Position numbers and translations under genes: made by a program. Of a stretch of DNA of 60,378 bases, positions 41,138-50,055 are shown piece by piece. Below the pieces are notes generated by a model. That model ran no database searches, was not told where the DNA came from, and saw only the letters and a list, made by a program, of their open reading frames with translations. The DNA is from an uncultured Clavibacter sp. (GTDB taxonomy: Bacteria; Actinomycetota; Actinomycetes; Nanopelagicales; Nanopelagicaceae): NCBI GenBank assembly GCA_964500885.1, contig CAZCQR010000001.1:1-60378 (forward strand), in the 5' to 3' direction. Within the stretch, counting starts at the first letter, position 1; the number at the start of each line of letters is the position of its first letter.

Positions 41138-41893
41138 ATGGTGTCAACATTAGAGATTAAGAATCTACAAGTAGGCGTTGAAACAGAATCTGGAACCACC
41201 GAAATTCTCCGTGGCGTTGATCTGACAATTAAGTCAGGCGAAGTACATGCCATCATGGGACCTAATGGATCTGGTAAATCAACGTTGGCATATTCAATTG
41301 CAGGTCATCCGAAGTACACCATCACCGGTGGCAGCGTTACGCTTGATGGCGCAGATGTCCTCGAAATGAGCGTTGACGAGCGAGCCAAAGCGGGTCTCTT
41401 CCTTGCAATGCAATATCCAGTTGAAGTTCCGGGTGTTTCCGTAGCAAATTTCTTGCGAACTGCAGCAACTGCGCTAAGAGGCGAGGCGCCTAAAGTACGG
41501 ACTTGGGTCGGCGAAGTAAAAGATGCCATGTCTAAACTCGCAATGGATCAATCATTTGCCGAACGAAATGTAAATGAAGGTTTTTCTGGAGGCGAGAAAA
41601 AGCGTCACGAAATTCTTCAAATGGAACTACTTAAGCCAAAGATTGCCATTCTTGATGAAACTGATTCAGGCTTAGATGTAGATGCGCTCCGAATTGTCTC
41701 TGAGGGAGTAAATCGCGTTAAGGCCGAACAGAATCTTGGCATTATGTTGATTACGCATTACACAAGAATTTTGCGTTATATCAAACCCGATTTCGTTCAT
41801 GTTTTCGCTGGTGGCAAAATTGTTGAAGAGGGTGGACCTGAGCTAGCTGAGCGACTCGAAGAAAAGGGCTATGCAGAATACGTTAAGGCTTAG
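41138..41893 (+). CDS. sufC: Fe-S cluster assembly ATPase SufC
   Basis: 251 aa with Walker A GPNGSGKST, the ABC signature FSGGEKKR and Walker B ILDETDSGLD. Confidence 0.96.
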   Translation: MVSTLEIKNLQVGVETESGTTEILRGVDLTIKSGEVHAIMGPNGSGKSTLAYSIAGHPKYTITGGSVTLDGADVLEMSVDERAKAGLFLAMQYPVEVPGVSVANFLRTAATALRGEAPKVRTWVGEVKDAMSKLAMDQSFAERNVNEGFSGGEKKRHEILQMELLKPKIAILDETDSGLDVDALRIVSEGVNRVKAEQNLGIMLITHYTRILRYIKPDFVHVFAGGKIVEEGGPELAERLEEKGYAEYVKA

Positions 41894-41895
41894 TA

Positions 41896-43155
41896 GTGAA
41901 AAAAGTGCTTGATGTATCTCTCATAAAATCAGATTTTCCGATCTTTAATCGCAAGATCAGAGATAACCAGAAACTGATTTATCTTGATAGCGCCGCTACT
42001 TCTCAGAAACCCGAAGTAGTTGTAAATGCGGAGAGAGATTTTTACTTCGAGCACAATGCGGCTGCGCATCGTGGGGCACATCAGCTAGCTGAAGAAGCAA
42101 CGGAGCTATTTGAAGAATCCAGAGGTACCGTCGCAAAGTTTCTTGGAGCACTAGATCAAAATGAAATAGTTTTCACGAAATCGGCTACTGAAGGTATCAA
42201 CTTGGTTGCATATTCTCTCAGCAACGCTCAGCCTGGATCGAAATTCCATATAGAAGCAGATCACGAAATTCTGGTTTCAGAGATGGAGCATCATGCCAAT
42301 CTAGTTCCGTGGCAGGAATTAGCTCGGCGAACAGGAGCAAAGTTACGTTGGTTCAAGGTAACTGATGAAGGAAGACTCGATTTAACAAATATAGATCAAT
42401 TAATTAACAGCAATACTAAGGTCATAGCGCTGACCCAGCAATCAAATGTACTCGGAACAATAAATAACTTAAACGATATTGCAACGAAAGCTAAATCAGT
42501 CGGAGCCCTCTTTCTAATCGATGCCTGTCAATCTGTTCCGCATTTTCAAGTTGATGTTACGAAACTCAATTGCGATTTCTTAGTATTTTCTGGCCACAAA
42601 GCACTAGGACCAACCGGAGTTGGAGTTCTTTGGGGTAGAAAAGAACTATTAGATGAGATGCCACCGTTCTTAACGGGAGGCTCCATGATTGAGACTGTTA
42701 CTATGGAGAAATCCACATACTTGGATGCACCAAAACGATTTGAAGCTGGTGTTCCAAATATGGCGCAAGTTGTTGGGCTAGCCGCAGCTCTTAACTATTT
42801 AAAAAAGATCGGCATCGAAAACATTCACAATCATGAATTAAGCCTTACCGAGAAGGCGCTGGACGGACTCTCTAAGATTAAAGGACTATCAATCATCGGC
42901 CCAAGGGATTTACTTGATAGAGGAGCAGTAATTTCATTCACAGTTGATGGAATACATCCTCACGATATTGGCCAAGCCTTAGATCAATATGGAATTGCAG
43001 TTCGCACTGGTCATCATTGCGCCTGGCCATTAATGAGGAGATTTAATTCAGCGGCGACAACTCGAGCTTCTTTCTATTTGTATAACGATTTAACTGATGT
43101 AGATGCCCTACTAGATGGCGTTGAGCGAGCCATTGAATTCTTTAGAGGGAAATAG
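41896..43155 (+). CDS. sufS: Cysteine desulfurase SufS
   Basis: 419 aa with the PLP-lysine block FSGHKALGPTG and the catalytic Cys block RTGHHCAWP. GTG start. Confidence 0.95.
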   Translation: MKKVLDVSLIKSDFPIFNRKIRDNQKLIYLDSAATSQKPEVVVNAERDFYFEHNAAAHRGAHQLAEEATELFEESRGTVAKFLGALDQNEIVFTKSATEGINLVAYSLSNAQPGSKFHIEADHEILVSEMEHHANLVPWQELARRTGAKLRWFKVTDEGRLDLTNIDQLINSNTKVIALTQQSNVLGTINNLNDIATKAKSVGALFLIDACQSVPHFQVDVTKLNCDFLVFSGHKALGPTGVGVLWGRKELLDEMPPFLTGGSMIETVTMEKSTYLDAPKRFEAGVPNMAQVVGLAAALNYLKKIGIENIHNHELSLTEKALDGLSKIKGLSIIGPRDLLDRGAVISFTVDGIHPHDIGQALDQYGIAVRTGHHCAWPLMRRFNSAATTRASFYLYNDLTDVDALLDGVERAIEFFRGK

Positions 43156-43166
43156 GATTTACGGGG

Positions 43167-43613
43167 ATGGAACTAGATAATCTTTATCAAGAAGTGATTC
43201 TAGATCATTACAAACGACCAAAAAATAAGGAATTGAAAGCAAATCCTACGATTCAAGTCCATCACGTGAATACAAGTTGTGGTGATGAAATAACTCTTAA
43301 CTTGAAATTGACAGGGGATATCATCGAAAACGTATCTTGGACTGGAGTAGGTTGTTCGATATCGCAAGCAAGCACTTCAGTTATGTCGGAATTACTTAAT
43401 GGAAAAAAATCTTCGGAAGCTCTATTGCTCGTAGAGGAATTCCAAAGAATGCTACAGAGCAAAGGAACTGACCAAGGAGATGAAACTAGGTTGGAAGATG
43501 GCGTGGCCTTTGCTGGGGTCGCTAAATTCCCAGCACGTGTAAAATGCGCCTTACTTGGCTGGATGGCATTTAAAGATGCAGTTTCACAAGCGCTAGAGAG
43601 GAAAAATCAATGA
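43167..43613 (+). CDS. sufU: Zinc-dependent sulfurtransferase SufU (IscU/NifU-like)
   Basis: 148 aa with NTSCGDE, GVGCSISQAS and VKCALL Cys ligand motifs. Confidence 0.92.
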   Translation: MELDNLYQEVILDHYKRPKNKELKANPTIQVHHVNTSCGDEITLNLKLTGDIIENVSWTGVGCSISQASTSVMSELLNGKKSSEALLLVEEFQRMLQSKGTDQGDETRLEDGVAFAGVAKFPARVKCALLGWMAFKDAVSQALERKNQ

Positions 43614-43927
43614 CAAGCAAAGCATCGCTTGCTGATGTAACCGAAGCAATGAAGGATGTAATTGACCCTGAACTCGGTATTAATGTTGTTGATTTGGGAT
43701 TGATTTACGATGTAGCCGTTGATGATGAAAACATAGCTACTCTTGATATGACGTTAACTTCCGCTGCCTGTCCGTTACAGGACGTAATTGAGGATCAAAC
43801 AAGATCTGTTTTGCAAGATTTGGTTAAAGATGTTCGAATAAATTGGGTCTGGATGCCACCTTGGGGTCCAAATAAGATTACCGATGATGGCAGAGAGCAA
43901 CTTCGCGCAATCGGATTCACAGTTTAA
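43610..43927 (+). CDS. DUF59/SufT-family Fe-S maturation protein
   Basis: 105 aa with DPELGINVVDLGLIYDV and TLTSAACP motifs. ATGA overlap with sufU. Confidence 0.85.
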   Translation: MTSKASLADVTEAMKDVIDPELGINVVDLGLIYDVAVDDENIATLDMTLTSAACPLQDVIEDQTRSVLQDLVKDVRINWVWMPPWGPNKITDDGREQLRAIGFTV

Positions 43928-43946
43928 CTCCGCTTCAAAACTGCCG

Positions 43947-43952
43947 TAAGGT
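43947..43952 (+). promoter_or_regulatory. Candidate -10 hexamer TAAGGT, 6 nt upstream of GTG 43959
   Basis: TAnnnT-N6-GTG geometry. There is no usable SD, because AAGG ends 1 nt before the start. Confidence 0.4.
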
Positions 43953-43958
43953 TAAGGC

Positions 43959-45824
43959 GTGTCTCAACACGCAATGTGGATGTCGCTGCGCTCCTTAACT
44001 TCTGATCAATCGGTAAAAGAGCAAAAACTCAAATCCGGAACTGTCTCCCGAATCGTTACCTATGCAAAACCATATAAACGTTCGATATTTCTCTTCCTGA
44101 TAACGGTGGTTATTGATGCTCTATTAGTAGTTGCATCGCCTCTGATTTTGAAGAAACTCATCGATGAGGGAGTAATTCCTGGAGATTCAAAATTAGTGAC
44201 TCAGATGGCGCTCTTGGTCGGACTTGTTGCAGTGGCTGATGCGATCACTAGTCTTATCAGCCGCTGGTTCTCATCTCGAATCGGGGAAGGCTTAATCTAC
44301 GATCTGCGCTCCGAAGTTTTTGGGCATGTGCAAAAACAATCTATTGCTTTCTTTACCAGAACTCAGACTGGCGCCCTGATATCTAGAATCAATTCGGATG
44401 TGATTGGAGCTCAACAAGCTTTTACTAGCACGTTATCAGGACTCGTTAGTAACGTACTGACACTTCTATTGGTTGCAGGTGCGATGTTTGCGCTTTCATG
44501 GCAAATCACGGTTTTATCTCTCCTACTTCTTCCAATATTTCTTCTTCCCACAAGGTGGGTGGGAAGAAAATTACAGGGTTTAACCCGAGATTCATTTGGC
44601 GTGAATGCAGAAATGTCAACGACTATGACAGAACGATTTAATGTTGCTGGGGCGCTCTTGGTAAATCTCTATGGAGACTTCGAAAAAGAAAAGAGAGATT
44701 TTGCTTCTAGAGCCAGAAGAGTTGCTGATATTGGAATCTCAATTGCCTTACTCCAACGCTTCTTTTTCATTATGTTAACTTCGATTGCAGCGATAGCGAC
44801 GGCTTTGGCATACGGGGTCGGTGGCAATTTGGCTGTCTCTAAAGAGATAACTCTTGGAACGCTGCTTGCGATTACCACTTTACTTGTACGTCTATATGGG
44901 CCACTAACTGCGCTATCGAATATTCGGGTAGACGTTATGACGGCATTAGTATCCTTCGAAAGAGTTTTCGAGGTGCTTGATCTAGAGCCTATGGTCACTG
45001 ATCGAGCGAATTCGATCGATTTACCAAATTCGCCATTAACTATTACTTTTGAGAATGTTCATTTTTCGTATCCGACTGCAAATGAAATCTCGTTAGCTTC
45101 ACTGGAATCAGCAGCCCGGGAGGAACTAGTTGATACAGGGGAGATAATCAAAGGTATTTCCTTTGAGATTCCCGCCGGCCAAATGACAGCTTTAGTCGGC
45201 TATTCAGGCTCAGGGAAAACCTCAATAGGAAATCTAATTCCGCGACTTTACGATGTCTCTAAAGGATCCATAAAGATCAACGGTCGTGATGTTAGAGATT
45301 ACAGAATTTCTTCACTGCGGAAAGCTATTGGAGTCGTATCTCAAGATTCTCATATGTTTCATGAGTCGATATCTTCAAATTTACGATATGCAAATCCAGA
45401 TGCAAGCGAAGCAGATCTAGTAGAAGCGTGTAAATCGGCACAGATATGGGATTTTGTTCGAAATCTTCCTAATGGTCTAAATACCATAGTTGGAGATAAA
45501 GGTCATCGCTTATCAGGAGGCGAAAAACAACGCTTAGCAATTGCCAGATTGCTCTTAAAGTCTCCGCGAATTGTGATTTTAGATGAGGCGACGGCACATT
45601 TAGATTCTGAGAATGAGGCTCTGGTTCAAGCCGCATTAAATAGCGCGCTGCGGAACCGAACAAGTTTAGTTATCGCACATCGGCTTTCAACGATTCATAA
45701 CGCTGATCAAATAATCGTCCTTGACTCTGGAAAGATTATTGAAAAGGGTAATCACGAGGATTTGATTAGGCTACATGGCGCTTACGCCGATCTTTATAAC
45801 CGGCAAGTTTCATCGCTTCAGTAG
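43959..45824 (+). CDS. ABC exporter, fused permease/ATPase (MsbA/MdlB-like)
   Basis: 621 aa with an N-terminal six-TM domain, Walker A GYSGSGKTS, the signature LSGGEKQRLAIAR and Walker B ILDEAT. Confidence 0.88.
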   Translation: MSQHAMWMSLRSLTSDQSVKEQKLKSGTVSRIVTYAKPYKRSIFLFLITVVIDALLVVASPLILKKLIDEGVIPGDSKLVTQMALLVGLVAVADAITSLISRWFSSRIGEGLIYDLRSEVFGHVQKQSIAFFTRTQTGALISRINSDVIGAQQAFTSTLSGLVSNVLTLLLVAGAMFALSWQITVLSLLLLPIFLLPTRWVGRKLQGLTRDSFGVNAEMSTTMTERFNVAGALLVNLYGDFEKEKRDFASRARRVADIGISIALLQRFFFIMLTSIAAIATALAYGVGGNLAVSKEITLGTLLAITTLLVRLYGPLTALSNIRVDVMTALVSFERVFEVLDLEPMVTDRANSIDLPNSPLTITFENVHFSYPTANEISLASLESAAREELVDTGEIIKGISFEIPAGQMTALVGYSGSGKTSIGNLIPRLYDVSKGSIKINGRDVRDYRISSLRKAIGVVSQDSHMFHESISSNLRYANPDASEADLVEACKSAQIWDFVRNLPNGLNTIVGDKGHRLSGGEKQRLAIARLLLKSPRIVILDEATAHLDSENEALVQAALNSALRNRTSLVIAHRLSTIHNADQIIVLDSGKIIEKGNHEDLIRLHGAYADLYNRQVSSLQ

Positions 45825-45828
45825 GATA

Positions 45829-46536
45829 TTAAGATTTCGAGCGGAACTCTTCTCGCAGAATTAAAAACCAACCAAAAATTACGAAAAGCGCGAAGAGTAA
45901 CCACTGAACCGTGTAAGCCAAATGTGGACCATCGCTTAGTTCAGGCAGAGGCGCCGGAAATTCTGGATCAATATCTTTGTTGGATGCACTAATTAGATCT
46001 ATGTAAAAAGGCTCCGTCTCTAATCCTTCACTGTTATTCCACTTCTGAAGTGTGAGGGTTCCATCTGCATTTGGAAGGGCAAAGACCGTCCCGGAAATTC
46101 CCTTTTCAATCTCGCCGTATCTCGCTCTTCCAAGGATTGTTACTTCCTCTATACCAACCTTTGAAACCTTAGGAGGAGTTTTCGCATCTGGACCCGGTTC
46201 GACCCAACCTCGATCTATCCAATAATTTCTCCCTGCATCAGAAATGAAAAGCGTTACCACTCCAAAGCCGTATTGACCATTGTTATATCTATTTCTAATC
46301 AAGATTTCCCTCTGCTGATCGAATCTTCCTTTAAGTTCAATTAGACGCCATGCAATTGCATCCTTACCCAATTCGGGAATCTCACTCTCGGTAAGAGTAG
46401 ATCTATCTAGGTTTGCTTCGATCAGAGAATTGAAACTACTTCTTGCTTGATGTCTATCGTATTGCCAATCTGCAGCTCTAAGACAGATTCCTATAAAAAC
46501 GATTGCAAGGAGAGTTACTCCCAATATTTTCTTCAT
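45829..46536 (-). CDS. SURF1-family cytochrome oxidase biogenesis protein
   Basis: 235 aa with an N-terminal TM plus WQYDRH and a C-terminal GPHLAYTVQWLLFA plus TM, which is the SURF1 topology. Confidence 0.8.
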   Translation of the reverse strand: MKKILGVTLLAIVFIGICLRAADWQYDRHQARSSFNSLIEANLDRSTLTESEIPELGKDAIAWRLIELKGRFDQQREILIRNRYNNGQYGFGVVTLFISDAGRNYWIDRGWVEPGPDAKTPPKVSKVGIEEVTILGRARYGEIEKGISGTVFALPNADGTLTLQKWNNSEGLETEPFYIDLISASNKDIDPEFPAPLPELSDGPHLAYTVQWLLFALFVIFGWFLILREEFRSKS

Positions 46537-46808
46537 CTACCTATTTCGCGTCGACGATTTAGTAGAAGTTTAGTTTCCCCTTTAATCGTCTCTCTGCCAG
46601 CATTTGCAACAATTACCGATATGTATGGAAGTGTTACTGCGCCAATCAAGAAGAACCATCGATATGGACTTGGCGTAAAAACTGCCAAGAGAAAGCAGGC
46701 AGTTCTAATCATCATGGAGTAAAAATACTTTCGTTGGCGGGCAGGAATATCTTCAGATAATGCCGATTGCGCCTCGGTTATTTTGTGAACTTCTGGGTTC
46801 TCCCGCAT
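46533..46808 (-). CDS. Small two-TM membrane protein (DUF3099-like)
   Basis: 91 aa with two hydrophobic helices (ACFLLAVF..., FFLIGAVTLPYISVIVAN). ATGA overlap with the SURF1 gene. Confidence 0.65.
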   Translation of the reverse strand: MRENPEVHKITEAQSALSEDIPARQRKYFYSMMIRTACFLLAVFTPSPYRWFFLIGAVTLPYISVIVANAGRETIKGETKLLLNRRREIGR

Positions 46809-46814
46809 AAGGCA

Positions 46815-46820
46815 ACGCTA
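46815..46820 (-). promoter_or_regulatory. Candidate -10 hexamer TAGCGT (minus strand), 6 nt upstream of ATG 46808
   Basis: The reverse complement of 46815-46820 is TAGCGT, followed by N6 and the ATG. There is no SD. Confidence 0.4.
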
Positions 46821-47018
46821 GATGTATTCCTGTAATCCCGCATTTCATGCTCGGATTTGGATGGCGATGATTTCGCGGGTAGCCTCTCCCTATTGGTCAT
46901 ACGGCCAAGATGAAGTGGAGCTAGCCGCTCCCACCTCCCTCGCTTTAAGTGAGATGGTCAAGGCAGATTTTTCTGTGTTGCGCGGCGCTCACTCATCCGA
47001 ATTTTGAAAGGGATAGTT

Positions 47019-47594
47019 ATCAGCGCAATTGAGCCAAGAATCAATGATCGGATTCGCGTAGCGGAAGTTCGTTTGATTGGCGCAGCAGGAGAGCAAGTTG
47101 GAGTTGTAGCAACGGATGTTGCATTAAAGCTGGCAGAAGAAGCCGGTTTTGATCTTGTTGAGATCGCTCCAGAAGCACAACCTCCTGTATGCAAGATTAT
47201 GGATTTCGGCAAGTACAAATATGAAATTGCTCAAAAAGCTCGCGAAGCTCGTCAAAATCAAACTCACATCGTTGTAAAAGAAATACGAATGGGCTTGAAA
47301 ATCGAGAATCACGATTATGAGACAAAGCGGAATCACATTGAGAAGTTCTTGCTTAGTGGCGACAAAGTTAAGGTAACTGTTCAATTCAAAGGTCGTGAAC
47401 AGACTAGACCGGAAATGGGATTCCGACTTTTGCAGCGACTTGCTGAAGACGTTGCAAATTCTGGATTCGTTGAATTCTCTCCGAAGCGAGAGGGAAGGAG
47501 CATGACGATGGTGCTCGGTCCACTTAAGAAGAAGAGCGAAGCGGTAGCTGAGGCTAAGCGAAAAGCTGCAGCTGTAAAAAACGAAGCAAAGTAA
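47019..47594 (+). CDS. infC: Translation initiation factor IF-3, probably initiating at a non-canonical ATC codon
   Basis: The conserved N-terminus [25 protein letters not shown] and the C-terminal domain are all present. The SD-like AAGGGA (47008-47013) lies 5 nt before ATC 47019. The track start, TTG 47004, has no SD. An N-terminus starting at 47019 aligns in length with the mycobacterial IF-3 N-terminus (from memory). Confidence 0.9.
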   Translation: MSAIEPRINDRIRVAEVRLIGAAGEQVGVVATDVALKLAEEAGFDLVEIAPEAQPPVCKIMDFGKYKYEIAQKAREARQNQTHIVVKEIRMGLKIENHDYETKRNHIEKFLLSGDKVKVTVQFKGREQTRPEMGFRLLQRLAEDVANSGFVEFSPKREGRSMTMVLGPLKKKSEAVAEAKRKAAAVKNEAK

Positions 47595-47618
47595 TTCAAG
47601 TAAGGATAAGGAGCAGAA

Positions 47619-47816
47619 ATGCCAAAGATGAAGACACATAGCGGAGCGAAGAAAACCTTCCGCGTTACCGGCTCAGGGAAAGTTATGCATGAAAGAGCAG
47701 GTAAACGTCACTTGCTTGAACGCAAATCATCCAGAGTGACACGCCGTCTCTCCAAGGATGCAACTGCAAATGATCGCAATTCATTCTCTGCCAAGCGTTT
47801 GCTTGGTTTGAAGTAA
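47619..47816 (+). CDS. rpmI: 50S ribosomal protein L35
   Basis: 65 aa starting [21 protein letters not shown]. Confidence 0.95.
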   Translation: MPKMKTHSGAKKTFRVTGSGKVMHERAGKRHLLERKSSRVTRRLSKDATANDRNSFSAKRLLGLK

Positions 47817-47829
47817 GGGAGGCTAGGAA

Positions 47830-48192
47830 ATGGCTAGAGTAAAACGCGGAGTTCACGCAGCAAAGAAGCGTCGAACCGTTCTAGAACGCGCTAGCGGTTA
47901 TCGTGGCCAACGTTCACGTCTTTTCACAAAGGCGAAAGAACAAGTTACACATTCGATGATTTATGCATTTAATGATCGTAAAGATAAGAAAGGCGATTTC
48001 CGCCAACTTTGGATTACTCGCATTAATGCAGCTGCGCGTGAAAATGGCATCACGTACAACCGTTTGATCCAAGGGCTAAAAAGCGCTGGTGTAGAAGTTG
48101 ATCGACGCGTGCTCTCAGATCTTGCAACAAACGATCCGAAAGCATTTGCTCAACTCGCGGAATTGGCTAAGAAAAACGTAAAGGTTTCCTAA
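47830..48192 (+). CDS. rplT: 50S ribosomal protein L20
   Basis: 120 aa starting [15 protein letters not shown], with the ...[12 protein letters not shown] block. Confidence 0.96.
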   Translation: MARVKRGVHAAKKRRTVLERASGYRGQRSRLFTKAKEQVTHSMIYAFNDRKDKKGDFRQLWITRINAAARENGITYNRLIQGLKSAGVEVDRRVLSDLATNDPKAFAQLAELAKKNVKVS

Positions 48193-48194
48193 AC

Positions 48195-48989
48195 GTGATC
48201 ACGAGCCTTCACTCGCCCCATGTTGAGGCGGTGAAGGCTCTGCTTGGTTCTAGAGGAAATAAAGAGCGAAGGCAATCGAGCCGTTATGTAATCGAGGGCG
48301 CTCAAAACATTAATTCAGCTCTCTCTAGCGTTCCCGATCTTGTCGAAAAAATCTATTTCACTGCCGATAATCGCGAAAAGATAAATTCTCCATCTTGGAC
48401 TGGTGAGTTAATCGAAGTTGCTCCAAATGTGATGAAGGCGATGTCAGATACGGTTACACCACAGGGACTTATTGCTGTTGCAAAAATGTCAGATCTGCGA
48501 ATATCAGATTTTAAAGATCACCAACCGAAAAATCCGAAAATTGCATACTTTTGGGAGATACAAGATCCCGGTAACGCAGGTACAGTCATCAGGGCAGCTG
48601 ATGCTTTCGGATTCGATGCCGTTATCTTCTCCAATAATTCTGTGGATGCTTACAGTCCAAAAGTGGTCAGATCTACTGCAGGATCATTTTGGAACATTCC
48701 ACTATTTGAAGATGTTTCGGAAGCTCAGATATTGGAGCTTTCGAATGATTTGAAACTAGACCTTTTTGCTACATATTCAGAGGCGGATCTTTCATTAAAA
48801 GATGCTGCGCAATCATCTAGAGATAAAGGTTCGATCTGGATATTCGGTAATGAAGCTCGCGGGATTCCCGATGCCGTATTTTCGAAGCTGAATCCGAAGA
48901 AGGTGGCAATTCCGATGAGTGGTGGCACAGAGAGCCTGAATTTGGCCACTGCCGCTTCGGTTGTTATGTATGCCGTGGCTAACGCATAA
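48195..48989 (+). CDS. TrmH/SpoU-family rRNA 2'-O-methyltransferase (TsnR-like)
   Basis: 264 aa with SpoU motifs DPGNAGTVIRAADAFG, IFGNEARGI and LNLATAASVVMY. Confidence 0.88.
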   Translation: MITSLHSPHVEAVKALLGSRGNKERRQSSRYVIEGAQNINSALSSVPDLVEKIYFTADNREKINSPSWTGELIEVAPNVMKAMSDTVTPQGLIAVAKMSDLRISDFKDHQPKNPKIAYFWEIQDPGNAGTVIRAADAFGFDAVIFSNNSVDAYSPKVVRSTAGSFWNIPLFEDVSEAQILELSNDLKLDLFATYSEADLSLKDAAQSSRDKGSIWIFGNEARGIPDAVFSKLNPKKVAIPMSGGTESLNLATAASVVMYAVANA

Positions 48990-49017
48990 ATAGCTCAATC
49001 TTTAAATACAAAGTTAG

Positions 49018-49023
49018 TAGAAT
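49018..49023 (+). promoter_or_regulatory. Candidate -10 hexamer TAGAAT, 6 nt upstream of the pheS GTG
   Basis: TAGAAT-N6-GTG (49030) with no SD. Confidence 0.45.
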
Positions 49024-49029
49024 CCGCAG

Positions 49030-50055
49030 GTGTCCTCAGAGCTGGTCAATCCTGCAGATATAGAGAGTTTCAAAACTCAAGCGATATCGGCAATCAAAGC
49101 TTGTAAGAATCTTGATGAATTAAAAGAAGTCAGAATTGCTCACGTAGGAGATAAATCTCCTATCGCGAAAGCAAATCAAGCGCTGGGTCAGGTCCCGATT
49201 GAATCAAGAGCTTCACTTGGCAAAACAATAGGCACTGCACGAGCCAATATAAATCAAGCCTATGCAGACCATGAGAAGCTTCTAATTTCTCAACGTGACA
49301 GCGTGGCACTTTTGCAGGAAAAAGTAGATGTATCGCTTGCCCCGAGGAGAAAACCAAATGGTGCACTTCACCCATTAACCTCTTTGAGACATGAAATTGA
49401 AGATCTCTTTCTCGGAATTGGTTACCAAGTTGCTGAAGGTCCAGAACTCGAATCGGGATGGCTTAACTTTGATGCATTAAATATTCCGGAAGATCATCCA
49501 GCCAGAACTATGCAGGACACTTTCTTTGTTGAACCTTTGAAAGCAAACTTAGTATTGCGAACTCACACTTCGCCAGTACAGATTCGTACAATGCTTGAAA
49601 ACAAACCGCCAATTTATGTAATTTGCCCGGGGCGTACCTATAGATCTGATGATCTCGATGCAACACATACTCCAGTCTTTAACCAAGTTGAAGGCCTGGT
49701 TATTGATCGCGGAATAACGATGGCGCACCTGAAAGGCACTTTGGACTTTTTCGCTTCGCGGATTTTTGGAAGTGAAGTTAAAACTCGAATTCGTCCCTCC
49801 TATTTCCCCTTCACGGAACCGAGCGCTGAAGTAGATTTCTACTTCAATGGAAGGTGGATTGAGTGGGGCGGTTGCGGTTTAGTAAATCCAAAAGTTCTCA
49901 GAGCTTGCGGAATCGACGATAAGGAATTTTCTGGTTTTGCATTTGGGATGGGACTAGAGCGAACTTTGATGGTTCGAAATGGAATCACCGATATGCATGA
50001 CATAGTTGAAGGCGATATTAGATTTTCGAAGCAGTTTGGAACTGGCGCGAGATGA
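49030..50055 (+). CDS. pheS: Phenylalanine--tRNA ligase alpha subunit
   Basis: 341 aa with class II motifs (HPARTMQDTFF, RTHTSPVQIR, FAFGMGLERT). Confidence 0.96.
   Translation: MSSELVNPADIESFKTQAISAIKACKNLDELKEVRIAHVGDKSPIAKANQALGQVPIESRASLGKTIGTARANINQAYADHEKLLISQRDSVALLQEKVDVSLAPRRKPNGALHPLTSLRHEIEDLFLGIGYQVAEGPELESGWLNFDALNIPEDHPARTMQDTFFVEPLKANLVLRTHTSPVQIRTMLENKPPIYVICPGRTYRSDDLDATHTPVFNQVEGLVIDRGITMAHLKGTLDFFASRIFGSEVKTRIRPSYFPFTEPSAEVDFYFNGRWIEWGGCGLVNPKVLRACGIDDKEFSGFAFGMGLERTLMVRNGITDMHDIVEGDIRFSKQFGTGAR

Noticed and set aside
46822-47007. 61-aa ORF in the infC upstream region, and a 61-aa minus-strand ORF at 60004-60189 in the rRNA leader.
   Set aside because: Neither has an SD or leaderless promoter geometry, and their composition is not protein-like. 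Both regions are better explained as untranslated leaders: the infC leader, and the rrn leader containing the promoter and the conserved GAGAACTCAACAG motif.
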